Below are positions 35,364 to 44,514 of a stretch of 64,000 bases of DNA, piece by piece. The DNA comes from Ignavibacteriota bacterium (GTDB lineage: Bacteria; Bacteroidota; Ignavibacteria; Palsa-1295): NCBI GenBank assembly GCA_963787835.1, contig CAWBEI010000002.1, forward strand, positions 1,536,001-1,600,000. The letters are read 5' to 3'. A program made the position numbers and the translations under genes. Under the pieces are notes generated by a model, which had not been told where the DNA came from, searched no databases, and saw nothing but the letters and a program-made list of their open reading frames with translations. Positions within the stretch are counted from its first letter, which is position 1. Each line of letters begins with the position of its first letter.

Positions 35364-37694
35364 ATGTCACGCGTTATCCCTTTACTTGTCGTTTCTTTAA
35401 CATTTTCACTTCCAACCGTGACGCCTGCGCAGCAGAAGAGCGTCGCGGATGTTTCGATTTACGTGTGGAATTCCGGGCACGGCAATGCGCTGGAGCTTGC
35501 ACGTGCCGCACTGTCCTATCATGGAACTTTGGCGAAGAACGGGGTTACCGATATCAGCGGCAACGTTCATTTTCGCAACGTGCCGTTCGGGACGTACCGT
35601 TTGGCGGTCGCGATGGTCGGATTTCAGCCGTTTACGGATTCTATCGTCATTCATTCGCCAATTTTTTTGGACACCGTCTCGCTAAAGGAGAACGCAGCGC
35701 AAGAAGTTGACATAAATGCCGATAGCGTTCCTTCCATTACGACGATCGATCCTTCGGGCAATCAGGTGTTTGAATCGGAGAACTATCATCCGCCTCCCTC
35801 GGCGCGCATGACGCAGCTCATTCAGCAAAATCTGATGGGTGCCGTTCGTGCTCCTACGGGTGAAGTGCATATTCGCGGCCAGCATGGGGAATATATGTAT
35901 TATGTTGACGGCGCGCCCGTGCCGCTCGGCGTGTTTGGCGGGCTGAATGAAATTGTCGATCCGACGGTCATTGAACGCGCGACCTTTCTCTCCGGCGGAT
36001 GGCCGGCGGAATATGGCGGACAAATGGCCACCGTTGTTGACATTAATACCCGAGTTCCCACCGGCAGCCTACAGGCCAATGCCACGACGTATGCCGGAGG
36101 GTATTTCCCGGATCAAAACAAGGCGAGCGTGATTAATCCCGACCATGTGATTAACTCGGATGGTCAATCGTTGAATCTGAGCGATCACGATGGGCCCTTA
36201 GGGTGGTTTATCTCAGGCTCGCGGCAGGAAACAGATCGAAGAATAGATTCCCCAACGCCAACGATCTTCCACGATCACGGGTCGGACGTGTTCCTCTTCG
36301 GCAAAGCGGATTATATTTTGTCGGATAATGATTATCTCACGCTCGACGCGAGTTACGGTAATACCGGTTCTCAAGTTCCGTATGCTCCGATCATAAGCGG
36401 CCCGCAGGATGATAACGAGAACATCACGGAGGCATTTCAAACGCTCTCGTATTTTAGAACGCTCTCAAACGAGCCGGACGCAGAATCGAACCTGCAAGAG
36501 ACGCTTTTTCTGCGCGAAGGAGGGTTGAATTACCAACCCGGCGCTAATGATTCTGCTTCATTTCTCTTTGCTTCCGATACTACAAAAGGTTATGTTATTG
36601 CCGAAACACAAAGTTTTGTGACCCTTGGCGACCGGATACGCTACGAAAAACGACTGAGCAGCGATTGGCTTACTGTAGCTGGAGGGAGTCTGAGCCTGAC
36701 TCGCGGAAGCCAGAATTTTACATCCCGGGATTCCGCAGGTCTGCCGGGGCCCGGCGCGTTATCGAATTATGTGGGATCGGAATTCGGACTGTTCGTGGAA
36801 ACCGAATGGCAGGCTGAACCGTGGTTCCGAGCAGATGCTGGCCTGAGATACGATCAGCAGATTGCGCCGGATGTCGAGTTCCAAGATCAGATAAGCCCGA
36901 GGTTAAGACTCAATTTTCTATTCGACGTAGAGAATTCGGGCTATCTTTACTATGGTCGTCTCTTCATGCCAACCGTGATCGAATCGATTCATGCGTTTGC
37001 AAGCACCACGAGTTCTACCGGCGTCCCTACACTTGCCGAGCGCGACAATTTTTACGAAGCCGTCTTCGCGCATCATTTTGGCGATGAACTCAGCGCCAAG
37101 TTAGCATATTATCTCAAGAATTCGAGTCCCGGGGTCGATGATGAAACCATCGGCAACAGCGCGGTAAAGATTCCCTTCAATCTGCAATTTGTGAGATCGC
37201 AGGGCATCGAGGCGGGCGTTTCGTATAGCCCGATTGCGTCGCCATTTTCAGGATATGTAAATTCGTCGATCAGCCATGCCTATAGTTGGGGAACTTTGAC
37301 GGGAGGGTTTCAGTCCATTCCGCAGTCGCCCGCGCCCGTCGATCGCGATCACGATCAGCGGCTTTCGGCTGTATTCTCGATGAATTATCAGCCGGGCAAT
37401 TGGTTTGCGAATGGGATGGCAATCTATGGCTCAGGACTTTCGAACGGAATTATCAATATCCCTTTTGGCACCGGACTGTTTGATTTCAACCAAGCCGGAA
37501 AGGTTACGCCCTCGTGGATCATTGACCTGTCGTGCGGCACCACCTTGCATCTTGGCGGCGGCGAAGAACTAACTCCCTCGCTTTACATCACGAACATTCT
37601 CGACTATGAGCACCTCCTCAAAGGCGCATACACCAACGGCCCGAGTTGGGAAGAACCACGCAATATTATCTTAAAGTTAGCACTGCACGTATAG
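35364..37694 (+). CDS. TonB-dependent receptor with N-terminal carboxypeptidase-regulatory-like domain
   Basis: Signal peptide, TDISG...VPFGTYRL, plug HIRG...VDG...GGWPAEYG, barrel GLRYD...SPRL, NILDYEH...PRNI. Confidence 0.88.
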   Translation: MSRVIPLLVVSLTFSLPTVTPAQQKSVADVSIYVWNSGHGNALELARAALSYHGTLAKNGVTDISGNVHFRNVPFGTYRLAVAMVGFQPFTDSIVIHSPIFLDTVSLKENAAQEVDINADSVPSITTIDPSGNQVFESENYHPPPSARMTQLIQQNLMGAVRAPTGEVHIRGQHGEYMYYVDGAPVPLGVFGGLNEIVDPTVIERATFLSGGWPAEYGGQMATVVDINTRVPTGSLQANATTYAGGYFPDQNKASVINPDHVINSDGQSLNLSDHDGPLGWFISGSRQETDRRIDSPTPTIFHDHGSDVFLFGKADYILSDNDYLTLDASYGNTGSQVPYAPIISGPQDDNENITEAFQTLSYFRTLSNEPDAESNLQETLFLREGGLNYQPGANDSASFLFASDTTKGYVIAETQSFVTLGDRIRYEKRLSSDWLTVAGGSLSLTRGSQNFTSRDSAGLPGPGALSNYVGSEFGLFVETEWQAEPWFRADAGLRYDQQIAPDVEFQDQISPRLRLNFLFDVENSGYLYYGRLFMPTVIESIHAFASTTSSTGVPTLAERDNFYEAVFAHHFGDELSAKLAYYLKNSSPGVDDETIGNSAVKIPFNLQFVRSQGIEAGVSYSPIASPFSGYVNSSISHAYSWGTLTGGFQSIPQSPAPVDRDHDQRLSAVFSMNYQPGNWFANGMAIYGSGLSNGIINIPFGTGLFDFNQAGKVTPSWIIDLSCGTTLHLGGGEELTPSLYITNILDYEHLLKGAYTNGPSWEEPRNIILKLALHV

Positions 37695-37764
37695 GAGGAA
37701 TATTTTCGTATTTTTGCACCAGCTTTGAATTCTAATCACTCATCGGACGACCCTTTCCCCGGCA

Positions 37765-39096
37765 ATGACCATCGCCATACGCTCCTTTTTTGCACTCGCG
37801 ATCATTGCGCTGGCTCAAACTGTTTGGGCGTCGTCAGATTCCACGCACTATTTTGTCACCGATACCTCGATAGCCAGTTTTCACTTCCAATTTACGACGA
37901 TATCGCAGTATCATCCCGCTTTTTATGCGGCCTATAGCGGCCAAAACAGCCTGGGTGCTAAGGCGGAGCAAGAGACTTCCGTAACCGCAACCGTGTTCTC
38001 CGGCATTCGGCTTTGGCCTGGAGCAAGTTTCTATTTCAATCCCGAAATGAGTGGAGGCAACGGTTTTTCTGGCGTAACAGGTATTGCCGGATTCACGAAC
38101 GGCGAAACTCCGCGAATTGGTACGCCCGCGTCATCGATAACGATAGCAAGAGGGTATTTGCAGCAATCGTTTGCACTTTCGAATGCGGGAAGTGAGCATC
38201 TTCCAGATGGTCAAAATCAATTAGCGCTGGACTTGCCGCGCGATCGGTTCACTGTTACGATCGGTAAATATGCTCTATCGGATCTGTTCGATAACAATAG
38301 TTACAGTCACGATCCTCGCGGGCAGTTCGAGAACTGGGCGCTGATGGAAAATGGTGCATGGGATTATCCCGCGAATACGCATGGCTATACGTATGCGCTA
38401 ACGCTCGAAGCAAAAATGGGAGATTGGTCTGCACGCGCAGGCACAGCCGCCGAGCCGACAGAAGCCAACGGCCCAACGCTCACGTATGCATCCGGCGCGC
38501 ACGGTGAAACGGTCGAGATCGAGCATCGGCATACCATCAGCGGCGATAGTGGGGTGGTCCGGCTGTTACTATTCAATAACACAGCGGATATGGGCAATTA
38601 CGATGAGGCGTTGAGTAACCCGAAATACGATACCAGCGTGGTCAATACGCGGCAATTGGGGCGCAATAAATATGGGTTTGGGCTGAATATTGAACAAGCG
38701 CTTACGCCGACTATCGGCGGATTCTTGCGTGCAAGCTGGAATGACGGCAGGAACGAAACATGGGCCTTTACCGAGATCGACCGCTCCGCATCGCTCGGAA
38801 TATCCCTCAATGGCGCACTATGGCATCGGGACAATGACGTCGTTGGTATTGCAGGTGTGGTCAATGGCCTTTCGGACGATCACCGGCGTTACTTAGAGGC
38901 TGGCGGCTATGGATTCATTATTGGCGACGGCGCACTCAATTACGCTCCCGAAGCGATTGCCGAAGTATATTACCTGATCGCGTTGACGGACGCATTTTTC
39001 CTCACGGCGGATTATCAATTCGTCGCAAATCCCGCATACAATGCCGATCGCGGCCCGGTGAATGTGCTAAGTGCGCGGGCGCATGTGCAGTTTTAA
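37765..39096 (+). CDS. OprB-like carbohydrate porin (high-affinity Mn2+ porin MnoP-like type)
   Basis: HFQFT...YSGQNSL, FNPEMSGGNG, DNNSYSHDPR.QF.NW, AWDYPANT.GY, WAFTEIDRS, DYQF..NPAYNADRGPV...RAHVQF. Confidence 0.85.
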   Translation: MTIAIRSFFALAIIALAQTVWASSDSTHYFVTDTSIASFHFQFTTISQYHPAFYAAYSGQNSLGAKAEQETSVTATVFSGIRLWPGASFYFNPEMSGGNGFSGVTGIAGFTNGETPRIGTPASSITIARGYLQQSFALSNAGSEHLPDGQNQLALDLPRDRFTVTIGKYALSDLFDNNSYSHDPRGQFENWALMENGAWDYPANTHGYTYALTLEAKMGDWSARAGTAAEPTEANGPTLTYASGAHGETVEIEHRHTISGDSGVVRLLLFNNTADMGNYDEALSNPKYDTSVVNTRQLGRNKYGFGLNIEQALTPTIGGFLRASWNDGRNETWAFTEIDRSASLGISLNGALWHRDNDVVGIAGVVNGLSDDHRRYLEAGGYGFIIGDGALNYAPEAIAEVYYLIALTDAFFLTADYQFVANPAYNADRGPVNVLSARAHVQF

Positions 39097-39143
39097 GAAA
39101 TGAAGAATCTATTCTCACGCTGAAGAGTTGAGTTGCGAAGAAT

Positions 39144-39449
39144 ATGACCATTACCTCCATCTCGAAAAACGGGAAATCCATTCGACTGACGGACGAGCGG
39201 TGGGCTCATATTACAGAGGAACATTCAGAATTGGCGGGTTTGCGAATGGAGGTCATTCAAACCATCGAGAATCCTGAGCGAATTTTGCATGGCAATGAAG
39301 GAGAATTGCTTACTCTTTGAGAAATCGAAACAGGCAAATATCTTGTTGTGGTGTTTCGGGAATTCGAGAATGATGGCTTTATTATAACCGCTTTTATTAC
39401 TCGAAGAACGGCATCCTTGAATAGGAGAACACAACTATGGCCTTCGTGA
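39144..39449 (+). pseudogene. putative RNase-type toxin of a DUF2283-associated TA pair, interrupted by an in-frame TGA
   Basis: Read by hand: MTITSISKNGKSIRLTDERWAHITEEHSEL...ELLTL*EIETGKYLVVVFREFENDGFIITAF...LWPS*. Stop at 39318-39320; not in the ORF track. Confidence 0.75.
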
Positions 39450-39664
39450 ACGTAGAAGATTATATCCATGTGCTGCCTGCTGCTCAGCATGCACCGTCTG
39501 GTTTTTTTTGGTCTTCCTATGACGTGGAAGCCGATGTGCTATACATCAATTTCAAAAAGCCCAGCCATGCTACGGACAGTGAACTAACTGACGATGACAT
39601 CATCATGCGATATGAAGACGAAACCCTGATCGGAATTACCATCCTTCACGCAAGTAAGCGATGA
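39437..39664 (+). CDS. DUF2283-domain protein (putative antitoxin)
   Basis: YDVEADVLYINF...DDIIMRY...IGITILHASKR; overlaps the 3' end of the toxin gene. Confidence 0.85.
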   Translation: MAFVNVEDYIHVLPAAQHAPSGFFWSSYDVEADVLYINFKKPSHATDSELTDDDIIMRYEDETLIGITILHASKR

Positions 39665-39705
39665 TCTCAATATTTGTCGTATTTTTGCTCTGAAATATTT
39701 TAGAA

Positions 39706-40062
39706 ATGCTAAGTAACTATATTCCCATCGCCCTCATGCTCGTGGTCGCTGCCGGATTTGGCGTGATCATGGTCAACCTCAGCAAGTGGATCGGTCCAAG
39801 GCGGCCGAACTACCAGAAGCTCTCGACCTACGAATCGGGCATGATTCCGGTAGGCACGACCCGCGAGCGTGTCTCGATCAAATATTATGTGGTCGGAATG
39901 CTCTTTATCATATTCGATATCGAGTTGGTGTTCCTCTATCCGTGGGCTGTCATTTTCAAAAGCCTCGGAGCTTATGCGCTCTGGGAAATGTTTATTTTTA
40001 TTGCGTTGCTTTTCGTCGCTTATCTCTATATTTTGAAGAAGGGTGCGCTTGAATGGGATTGA
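39706..40062 (+). CDS. nuoA: NADH-quinone oxidoreductase subunit A
   Basis: YESG, YYVVGMLFIIFDIE...PWA, KKGALEWD. Confidence 0.96.
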   Translation: MLSNYIPIALMLVVAAGFGVIMVNLSKWIGPRRPNYQKLSTYESGMIPVGTTRERVSIKYYVVGMLFIIFDIELVFLYPWAVIFKSLGAYALWEMFIFIALLFVAYLYILKKGALEWD

Positions 40063-40066
40063 CTTC

Positions 40067-40134
40067 GTAGCCGTGACCTTTAGGTCACGGTGAAATTTGT
40101 CGCTCCGCCACCGTAACCTAAAGGTTACGGCTAC
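40067..40134. repeat. GTAG-family REP doublet (REPIN)
   Basis: GTAG-CCGTGACCT-TT-AGGTCACGG ... CCGTAACCT-AA-AGGTTACGG-CTAC. Confidence 0.88.
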
Positions 40135-40147
40135 AAGAATTACAATT

Positions 40148-40729
40148 ATGGCCTTAAATGAAGCTCTGCAATCGGAAGGATTCGTAACCAGCAAGATCGA
40201 TGATCTTATCAATTGGGCGCGCAGGAATGCGGTGTGGCCGATGCCGCTGGGGATTTCTTGCTGCGCCATCGAGATGATGCATTTTGCCGGCCCTCGATAT
40301 GATGTGGCACGTTTTGGCAGCGAAGTATTTCGATTCTCGCCGCGTCAATCGGACCTGCTCATCGTTGCCGGAACGGTTACGTATAAAATGTCGAAAGTTG
40401 TTCGCAAAATTTACGACCAAATGCCAGATCCTAAATACGTGATAGCAATGGGTGTCTGCACCGTTTCTGGAGGTATTTACCGGACATATTCAGTAGTGCA
40501 GGGCATCAATCAATTTTTGCCGGTCGATCTGTATGTTGTCGGCTGCCCGCCGCGCCCGGATTCTTTGCTTAAGGGATTGATGATGATCCAGGAGAATATT
40601 AAGAACGACCGTCCCATCGCGAGAGGAACGGTCATTGGCGATCATCATCCCCAGCAACCGATTGACATTCAGCTAAATGCCATCGAAGGTCCGGCGAAGA
40701 TGCAAAAGAGCAAGCTCATCACTGTTTAA
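40148..40729 (+). CDS. nuoB: NADH-quinone oxidoreductase subunit B
   Basis: [35 protein letters not shown]. Start at MALNE; the upstream TTG lies inside the REP. Confidence 0.96.
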   Translation: MALNEALQSEGFVTSKIDDLINWARRNAVWPMPLGISCCAIEMMHFAGPRYDVARFGSEVFRFSPRQSDLLIVAGTVTYKMSKVVRKIYDQMPDPKYVIAMGVCTVSGGIYRTYSVVQGINQFLPVDLYVVGCPPRPDSLLKGLMMIQENIKNDRPIARGTVIGDHHPQQPIDIQLNAIEGPAKMQKSKLITV

Positions 40730-40748
40730 TGCTACCATTTTTATTCAT

Positions 40749-40883
40749 GTCATTGCGAGGAGAATTCAGCGACCAACGGGAGCTGGATTCGACGAAGCAA
40801 TCTCATGCAGTTTTATCTGAAAACGAACGGATTGCTTCGTCGGACAAAAGCTCCTGCGTCGCTTTCGTCCTTCTCGCAATGAC
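40749..40883. repeat. REP/REPIN element, GTCATTGCGAG family, copy 3
   Basis: GTCATTGCGAGGAG ... CTTCTCGCAATGAC with inner CGACGAAGCAATC/GATTGCTTCGTCG. Confidence 0.88.
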
Positions 40884-40885
40884 TT

Positions 40886-41398
40886 ATGTTTAAGTTTGAA
40901 GATTTAAAAGAAAAAGATCCTGACCTCCAATTTGAGAAGGTCGATATTGGCGGCGATGAAGGCGCTATCGTTCCACGCGAACAAATTCTTGGCGTTGCGC
41001 GACGCCTGAAGAGCGAATTCGGGTTTCTCCAGATGATCGACATTATCGGTCATGACCGAAATGAGAAAAAGCATCGCTTCGAAGTAACCTACGATCTCCG
41101 CAATCACAAAACGAAACAGCGCATCTTTTTGAAGGTACGCTGCGAGGAGCGCGATCCGCATGTGCCATCGCTCTGTGAAGTATGGACTGGCTGCAACTGG
41201 AACGAGCGCGAGGCGTACGATATGGTCGGTGTCATCTTCGATGGTCATCCCGATCTTCGCCGAATGTACATGCCCGAAGATTTCGAATATTTCCCCCTCC
41301 GCAAAGATTTTCCGCTTATGGGCATACCTGGTTCGATACCGCTGCCACACCACGAAGATGCTGACCCGAGATTTGAGGTCGCAAACAGAGGAGAATAG
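40886..41398 (+). CDS. nuoC: NADH-quinone oxidoreductase subunit C
   Basis: RFEVTY, WNEREAYDMVGVIFDGHPDLRR, PLRKDFPL. Confidence 0.95.
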   Translation: MFKFEDLKEKDPDLQFEKVDIGGDEGAIVPREQILGVARRLKSEFGFLQMIDIIGHDRNEKKHRFEVTYDLRNHKTKQRIFLKVRCEERDPHVPSLCEVWTGCNWNEREAYDMVGVIFDGHPDLRRMYMPEDFEYFPLRKDFPLMGIPGSIPLPHHEDADPRFEVANRGE

Positions 41399-41449
41399 AA
41401 CCTGGATCACGCGGATTAATTGGGATTACGCTGATAATTTTTATTTGAA

Positions 41450-42739
41450 ATGAGCCTGATCGACGAAGAACTAACCCTCGAACGCCCGGATACTCTGGAA
41501 GTAGCGCCACGCCAACGGATTCTCGATGCGTTGATGTCGAAGGACACGACCGTCTCGATGGATGAGGATGCGCTGGAGCATGAGATGGTGCTCAACATGG
41601 GCCCACAGCATCCCGCTACGCACGGCGTGCTTCGCGTTCTGCTACGGCTCGATGGCGAAACCGTTGTCAGAGCCGAGAGCGAACTCGGCTATCTTCATCG
41701 CGGCTACGAAAAGCTCGCGGAGAATATGACCTATCACGAGTTCATCCCGCACACCGATCGACTCGATTATATTTCGCCAGTTGCCAACAACGTCGCATAC
41801 TGCATGGCCGTCGAGAAGCTTCTGAAACTGGAACTTCCGAAACGTGGGCAGTATATTCGTGTGATCTGCTGTGAGTTAGCACGCATTTCGTCGCATTTGA
41901 TGGCGATGGGTGCGCTTGCAATGGATGTTGGGGCGCTCACGGTATTCGTATGGGCGTTGCGCGAACGCGAAAAACTTTACGATATTTTTGATGTACTGAC
42001 CGGCGTGCGCTTTACCGTCAGCTATATGCGTATTGGTGGTATGGCACAGGATATTGCCGATGATTCCATCACAATGATCCGTGCATTCCTTGATGGACTT
42101 CCTGAAGCGATCAACGAGATCGCGGCAATGCTGCACAAGAACCGCATTTTTATCGAGCGTACTTCTGGTATCGGCATTATGCCGCCGGACGAAGCGCTCG
42201 ATCTTGGCTGGACCGGCCCGAATCTTCGTGGATGCGGCATTCCGTCTGATCTTCGGCGCGATAATCCCTATCTCGTCTATAACGAACTTGATTTCGATGT
42301 CATCACGCGCACGGAGTGCGATGTGCTTGCACGATACTTATGCCGATTCGATGAAATTAGGCAATCGGCGAAGATCATTAAACAGTGTCTCGATAATCTT
42401 CCAAAAGGCGATTATTCTTCGCGCGATGCAAAGAACGTCATTCCCAAAAAAGGACAGGTCTATAGCGGGATGGAAGACTTGATCAACGATTTCATGCTCG
42501 TGAATTTTGGCCAGTCTGCTCCGGTCGGTGAAGTGTATCACGCGATCGAGGCCGCGAAAGGGGAATTAGGGTGGTATCTTGTTTCGAATGGCACGGGGTT
42601 CCCATGGCGCAGTAAGATCCGAAGCCCAAGCTTCGTAAATCTTCAGGCGCTTTCGCGCCTGCTCGAAGGCGCCATGATCTCGGATATTGTAGCCATCATC
42701 GGCTCGATCGATCCGATCATGGGTGAGGCGGATAAGTAA
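41450..42739 (+). CDS. nuoD: NADH-quinone oxidoreductase subunit D
   Basis: NMGPQHPATHGVLR, GYLHRG, DRLDY, EAAKGELG, GSIDPIMGEADK. Confidence 0.97.
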   Translation: MSLIDEELTLERPDTLEVAPRQRILDALMSKDTTVSMDEDALEHEMVLNMGPQHPATHGVLRVLLRLDGETVVRAESELGYLHRGYEKLAENMTYHEFIPHTDRLDYISPVANNVAYCMAVEKLLKLELPKRGQYIRVICCELARISSHLMAMGALAMDVGALTVFVWALREREKLYDIFDVLTGVRFTVSYMRIGGMAQDIADDSITMIRAFLDGLPEAINEIAAMLHKNRIFIERTSGIGIMPPDEALDLGWTGPNLRGCGIPSDLRRDNPYLVYNELDFDVITRTECDVLARYLCRFDEIRQSAKIIKQCLDNLPKGDYSSRDAKNVIPKKGQVYSGMEDLINDFMLVNFGQSAPVGEVYHAIEAAKGELGWYLVSNGTGFPWRSKIRSPSFVNLQALSRLLEGAMISDIVAIIGSIDPIMGEADK

Positions 42740-42751
42740 GGAAAACTGACT

Positions 42752-43366
42752 ATGAGAGTGTTCGGATGGTTCTTAAGCATCTCTCTTCTTATAGCGACAT
42801 CCATCCACGCTCAGGGCTATCATTCGCTCACTGGAGTCTATGCGATAAAAGTGGGTTCCAAACTCCGTCCGGATTTGGGCTCATTAGAAATATTGCAACT
42901 GCCTGACCATAAGATTAAATTTCATTTATCACTTAGCCGAGGCGCGCCGGATTATAATGAAGGTGAATCAGAAGACATCGTCGAACTAAATGGGAACGAC
43001 GCGATCGATTCCATAGTATATGACCATCTCTGTGTTCTTCATTTTCATTCCGGGGGTAAGTCGGTTGAGGTCGATGTTGAAGGGACTGAAGAGTGTGGGT
43101 GGGGCTATGGTGTCACAGCTGATGGTACCTATCTTAAGGCTTCCACGCAGAAACCAAGTTTTTCATATGGCAGACCAGACTATGAGGTCATAGCAAAGAA
43201 GTGTTTTTTTTACGAAGATTCCCTTCTTACAAAACCGAAGAAGTCCTATCTGTTGAAAGGGGATAAGCTGGTTGATCTTACCCATAGCCTAACACGAGTC
43301 CGTGATCAAGACAACCCAACTATTGGACTCTATACAGAAATTTACAACAAAATCATCTCACGCTGA
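42752..43366 (+). CDS. hypothetical exported protein; true C-terminus may be frameshifted (to 43416)
   Basis: Signal peptide ending IHAQ, ECGWGYGVTADGTY, KKSYLLKGD. An alternative frame continues LTYGWIAKKDL, resembling an SH3-like terminus. Confidence 0.6.
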   Translation: MRVFGWFLSISLLIATSIHAQGYHSLTGVYAIKVGSKLRPDLGSLEILQLPDHKIKFHLSLSRGAPDYNEGESEDIVELNGNDAIDSIVYDHLCVLHFHSGGKSVEVDVEGTEECGWGYGVTADGTYLKASTQKPSFSYGRPDYEVIAKKCFFYEDSLLTKPKKSYLLKGDKLVDLTHSLTRVRDQDNPTIGLYTEIYNKIISR

Positions 43367-43464
43367 CGTATGGCTGGATAGCAAAGAAAGACCTTGTGCG
43401 AATGCCGAGAAAGTAGCCCCGATTTAGGTTTGAACGAATTCCTTCCCTTTCGCTTTATACAGGG

Positions 43465-43671
43465 ATGAAGACGAAAACACGAGTACCGGAATCGCGAAAA
43501 CCTCCTCGTTCAACTACTCGGACGGCTTCCAAAACGAAAGCTGCAGGAAAAGGGCGGTCTCGGAAGGCGGAGACACCGTATGATCGGGTAAAGCATCTGT
43601 TTGGTGTCTTAAAAGATCTCCCGTCTGATCTTTTGACCAACCCAAAATATTTTGAAGATTTTGGAAAATGA
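43465..43671 (+). CDS. putative antitoxin of a PIN-domain toxin
   Basis: C-terminal LFG...DLPSDLLTNPKYFEDFGK; ATGA overlap with the PIN gene. Confidence 0.7.
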   Translation: MKTKTRVPESRKPPRSTTRTASKTKAAGKGRSRKAETPYDRVKHLFGVLKDLPSDLLTNPKYFEDFGK

Positions 43672-44093
43672 GCCGTTATCTGATCGTCGATACCGGTCCA
43701 CTCGTCGCTTCCTTAACCCCGAACGATCCGTTTTATTCCTAAGCTCGAGAACAATTCGAGACGCCCACAACAGCTTGGTTGACCTGTGATGCGGTTCTTA
43801 ATGAAGCATCTCACTTCGTTTCAAAAACTCGTGGTGGCCTTTCCGCGCTCCTCGATTTTGTAAATATAGCGCCTCTCAAGTTGCCGTTCCGATACGATGA
43901 AAATCGCGTTGAGATTCGAAAACTTATTGCTCAATATCATGATGTCCCCATATCCTTTGCCGATGCATGCCTCGTCCGCATATCAGAACTTTACCCAGAC
44001 GCGCCCATCCTCACGCTCGACAGCGATTTCCTGATCTATCGCAGAAACAAGAACGAGCGTCTGCCTGCGGTACTTCCTGACGAGCGCAGGTAA
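43668..44093 (+). pseudogene. vapC: PIN-domain (VapC) toxin interrupted by an in-frame TAA
   Basis: MSRYLIVDTGPLVA...DPFYS*AREQF...TCDAVLNEA...ISFADACLV...ILTLDSDFLIYR; stop at 43740-43742. Confidence 0.82.
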
Positions 44094-44114
44094 TTCAATC
44101 GTGTAAAACACTAC

Positions 44115-44151
44115 ACGCGACGCGAGCTTATGAAATAAGCTGCACGTCGCG
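44115..44151. terminator. hairpin between convergent genes
   Basis: CGCGACG..AGCTTAT-GAA-ATAAGCT...CGTCGCG. Confidence 0.5.
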
Positions 44152-44172
44152 CGGTGCGAAAAGAAAAGTAAA

Positions 44173-44490
44173 TTACTTTTTCTTGGCCTTCGCTTTTGGC
44201 TTTGCAGCGGCCTTCGCCGGAGCCTTCTTTGCAGGGGCTTTGGCTTTTGCCGGAGCTTTCTTGGCCGGAGCCTTCTTCGCTTGCTTGGCGCGAAGCTCGC
44301 TCCAGAAGCCTGGATAGCTCATGCCCATCTCACGCAGGCGGCGATGCACTGCGCCTTTGTGGCATTGGAGCTCAATTGCGATCTCGGCGCCGGTGGCTCC
44401 TTTTTCGCGCATGCTCTTGATGACTTTGTCTTCCGCAGGCGAAAAGGGGCGCTGCGACTGCCGGTAACCTTTATATTTTTTAGCTGCCAT
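44173..44490 (-). CDS. small basic protein: Myb/SANT-like HTH plus histone H1-like PAKK tail
   Basis: RPFSPAEDKVIKSMR..GATGAEIAIELQCHKGAVHRRL followed by AKKAPAKKAPAKAKAPAKKAPAKAAAKPKAKAKKK. Confidence 0.75.
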   Translation of the reverse strand: MAAKKYKGYRQSQRPFSPAEDKVIKSMREKGATGAEIAIELQCHKGAVHRRLREMGMSYPGFWSELRAKQAKKAPAKKAPAKAKAPAKKAPAKAAAKPKAKAKKK

Positions 44491-44514
44491 GTCTCTATGT
44501 TGGTTTATGTGACT

